A model generated the notes under the pieces. It was given only the letters and a program-made list of their open reading frames with translations, was not told where the DNA came from and did no database searches. Shown here in pieces: positions 26,041 through 28,282 of a stretch of DNA of 28,282 bases. The DNA is taken from IMG/VR virus record IMGVR_UViG_3300045996_002184; one strand, 5' to 3'. The stretch's first letter is position 1. Every line of letters starts with the position of its first letter. The DNA comes from a virus. The position numbers and the translations under genes were made by a program.

Positions 26041-26157
26041 TTAGTCGTTCTCTTCGCCTTCAGTTTCTTCAGTTGTTTCTTCTGAAACTTCAGCGGTGTC
26101 GTTCTGCTGAATATCAGCTGGATCGACATTTGCCTGATCTTTGGGATCTGTTGTCAT
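26041..26157 (-). CDS. very acidic 38-aa peptide
   Basis: Not in the track: MTTDPKDQANVDPADIQQNDTAEVSEETTEETEGEEND, directly followed by a terminator. Confidence 0.6.
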   Translation of the reverse strand: MTTDPKDQANVDPADIQQNDTAEVSEETTEETEGEEND

Positions 26158-26231
26158 AATATATACGCGTTTGTTATCGCCAGATGGTAATGAAGAACAG
26201 TGCAGCCACTAGAACATAAAAGGCGAGTGTT

Positions 26232-26495
26232 TCAGGATCGAGCTTTGCTCTTGCTGTCTTTGCCATGGATTCCGGGTTTAGCAGGTTCTATAATAACGAC
26301 ATTATTCATTTCGATCGGTTCCTCTACATGATAGAGCGGACCAAATTCCCAATTAATGATGCCGTTTTTGTTACAACGAATATAAAAACCAAAAGCGATA
26401 TCACCAAGGCTACGGGCTATCGGGACCATTCCCCAATGCTCGCATACCTGGGCATACGTCACCCTCTTGACGTAGAGATTTCGTGGTTTGTTCAT
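26232..26495 (-). CDS. hypothetical protein (87 aa)
   Basis: Fits the minus-strand tiling; leader CCCTAAACTCCTTACAC. Confidence 0.65.
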   Translation of the reverse strand: MNKPRNLYVKRVTYAQVCEHWGMVPIARSLGDIAFGFYIRCNKNGIINWEFGPLYHVEEPIEMNNVVIIEPAKPGIHGKDSKSKARS

Positions 26496-26823
26496 GTGTA
26501 AGGAGTTTAGGGTGATTGATTATGGGTTGAGTGGTATAATACATGCCCCACTCCAGGCGTGTACCGGTACGTTTGAAGACTTCCTCAACGTCTCGGTTAT
26601 TTAAGTCAATGAACGTATTAAGGGTTTCTCCAGGGAACTTCTCTTCTACATACTCGCGCAATACTTTCAGGATCTTCCCTTGCTTGGTTCCGATACCGTC
26701 GAACGATTGAGTCATATTGAAGAGTATCTGGTAGACCATTTCAGGTAACTTGTGGACGTTATCGTTCAGTTCAAATGGTATGATATCACGTACTAGTTCA
26801 TGGTTGTGCTTGATCAGTTCCAT
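26410..26823 (-). CDS. hypothetical protein (137 aa)
   Basis: Fits the minus-strand tiling; 86-nt overlap with the downstream ORF. Confidence 0.65.
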   Translation of the reverse strand: MELIKHNHELVRDIIPFELNDNVHKLPEMVYQILFNMTQSFDGIGTKQGKILKVLREYVEEKFPGETLNTFIDLNNRDVEEVFKRTGTRLEWGMYYTTQPIINHPKLLTHEQTTKSLRQEGDVCPGMRALGNGPDSP

Positions 26824-27433
26824 CTTGTTTGATGTTTTTCTCTTCTAAAAGAGTAGCAAATGCTCTCATGGCTTTTTCAGCAAATTCTTTTGTCACGAAA
26901 GTCTTACCGTTGATTATAATACCGTCCAGTTCATTAAACTCCTTCTCAGTGATATTAAACTCAACAGGTTTGTCAACGATTACGTGGTCGAATTTGAGAC
27001 AAGATTTGTCCGTGATCCCGGCCTCTGTAACCCCCTGTTTTTTCTCCCCCAGGTATTGTAGGGCTGACTTGAAACCGTCTTTAAAACATCTTTTCTCATC
27101 TGCTTTTTCAATGCGATAGCCTTTGTGGTCGCCCCATATTTTAGAAACGTGTTCTTCCGCAACCTTCTCTATTTCTTCCTCTGATACTTCAGGGGTGCGG
27201 GAAAGGGCGTATTCTTCCGGGTCTACTGGTTCAAATCCTGTGGCCTGACAGCGTTCACATTGTTCCTGTACTGGTTGATAATCCGCTACCGGCATATTAC
27301 AGCAGCCGCCGTCCAAGTCGTGGTATCCGCAGCACTTTTGCTCTGTTCGTATATTAACAACGACTCCGGAACCCAAACAGGCTACGCATTTACGGTATAG
27401 TTCTTCCGCGCTCAAAGGGGTTGTTGTATTCAT
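26798..27433 (-). CDS. hypothetical protein with CxxCxGxG-type Zn-finger-like N-terminal region
   Basis: CVACLGSG...CCG......GCC...CERCQATG. Likely start is ATG 27433. Confidence 0.65.
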   Translation of the reverse strand: MNTTTPLSAEELYRKCVACLGSGVVVNIRTEQKCCGYHDLDGGCCNMPVADYQPVQEQCERCQATGFEPVDPEEYALSRTPEVSEEEIEKVAEEHVSKIWGDHKGYRIEKADEKRCFKDGFKSALQYLGEKKQGVTEAGITDKSCLKFDHVIVDKPVEFNITEKEFNELDGIIINGKTFVTKEFAEKAMRAFATLLEEKNIKQDGTDQAQP

Positions 27434-27437
27434 GTGT

Positions 27438-27620
27438 TTAGATTTTTTGGTTGTCAGCATTGAAAATTTCTTTGTCTCCCCATCCTGCATCAAAGGCTAC
27501 ACGAAGAATGTTGTTAGCGTACCGTTGCTTTATTCCTTTTGACTTCAGCACTTCATACACTCGCTTATATTCTTCGGTTCTCCTAAACGCCTGCCATGAA
27601 TGCCAGTAGTTTGTTTTCAT
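27438..27620 (-). CDS. hypothetical protein (60 aa)
   Basis: Fits the minus-strand gene tiling. Confidence 0.65.
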   Translation of the reverse strand: MKTNYWHSWQAFRRTEEYKRVYEVLKSKGIKQRYANNILRVAFDAGWGDKEIFNADNQKI

Positions 27621-27630
27621 ACGGTTTTGG

Positions 27631-27972
27631 TTACTGGCTTTCGTCCTTCGTGGAATAGCCTTCCGTTGTCACCGTCCCGTACTTTCTTTGCAGGTGCTGA
27701 ACTGTGCCGGATGGTGTATTTGCTCCCATCTTGCAGGATTCGGATAGGTCGGTGATGTAGTCGGCGGCAGATTCGTCCTGTGCCTTTTGAAATATCCTGC
27801 CGTAGTGGGCCGATAATCGGTCAAGTGATATGCCGGTGTCTTTCAGGAACGTCTTAAGCGCCGACCATTCGGTTTTGGTCAATGGTTCAAATACCCCTTC
27901 CGGGTAGGCGACCGCCTCATTTTCTTCCGGCATCGGTGGCGCTGTGTACTCTGGCATCTTGTTGTAGTTCAT
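27631..27972 (-). CDS. hypothetical protein (113 aa)
   Basis: Fits the minus-strand tiling; A-rich leader. Confidence 0.7.
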   Translation of the reverse strand: MNYNKMPEYTAPPMPEENEAVAYPEGVFEPLTKTEWSALKTFLKDTGISLDRLSAHYGRIFQKAQDESAADYITDLSESCKMGANTPSGTVQHLQRKYGTVTTEGYSTKDESQ

Positions 27973-28142
27973 GATTTTTGATTTATTGGGTGAGATTCAC
28001 TTATAATATCCATTGTCTCTAATGGTAGATAATTGTCAACACCTACCGACCAGAAGAATCCGTTAATGTATTGACGGTCGTAACCTTTATTTAAGAGACG
28101 CTTTGTGATGTAGGGCTTCATCAGCCGTAAAATTGTTTTCAT
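27969..28142 (-). CDS. hypothetical protein (57 aa)
   Basis: Not in the track: MKTILRLMKPYITKRLLNKGYDRQYINGFFWSVGVDNYLPLETMDIISESHPINQKS. ATGA overlap with the next gene. Confidence 0.6.
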   Translation of the reverse strand: MKTILRLMKPYITKRLLNKGYDRQYINGFFWSVGVDNYLPLETMDIISESHPINQKS

Positions 28143-28184
28143 GTTTTTTGTTTAATGATTATGTAATGATTTTTGATTTATTGG
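27971..28184. repeat. 19-nt direct repeat (27971-27989 and 28166-28184)
   Basis: ATGATTTTTGATTTATTGG occurs twice, each time in a gene leader on the minus strand. Confidence 0.8.
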
Positions 28185-28282
28185 TTACTTCATTGGATTT
28201 GACCAGTAGTTATCAGGCTTGATGTTATCTACCAGTTCCTTCGCCCGCCTGCGTATATCTTCCAGAGAGCCGGTTAATACCT
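28185..28282 (-). CDS. hypothetical protein, 3' end only (partial)
   Basis: Open frame ...VLTGSLEDIRRRAKELVDNIKPDNYWSNPMK followed by TAA. Confidence 0.5.
   Translation of the reverse strand, partial: VLTGSLEDIRRRAKELVDNIKPDNYWSNPMK

Noticed and set aside
127-27119. Plus-strand ORFs in the track (e.g. 14624..15433, 9361..9873, 4948..5448, 25337..25810)
   Set aside because: They are antisense shadows of tightly tiled minus-strand genes and have no recognisable motifs.

Overview
This window is a fragment of a dsDNA phage genome (replication and nucleotide-metabolism region plus small early-type genes). Essentially all genes are on the minus strand, tightly packed and in the standard genetic code. 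In transcription order (right to left): small hypothetical ORFs, ATP-dependent DNA ligase, MazG-like pyrophosphatase, dCTP deaminase, family A DNA polymerase, a DnaA domain IV-like HTH protein, dNMP kinase, Dda-like SF1 helicase, SF2 helicase, DnaB-like helicase, Sak4/AAA_24 ATPase, a possible SSB, primase, and rIIA/rIIB-like proteins. The gene set and the A/C-rich, Shine-Dalgarno-less leaders suggest a crAss-like-related phage of a Bacteroidota host (inference). The most unusual feature lies in three non-coding islands (about 17540-17930, 21950-23080 and 25050-25240). Each holds a tRNA-shaped element with intact acceptor, D and T arms but no canonical anticodon arm. The first two islands also hold six different compact, multi-hairpin RNA modules of 85-280 nt, each closed by a 9-16 bp terminal stem and separated by short A/U-rich linkers. 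They look like arrays of unrecognised phage ncRNAs. All structures were read by eye; no folding or database search was run.
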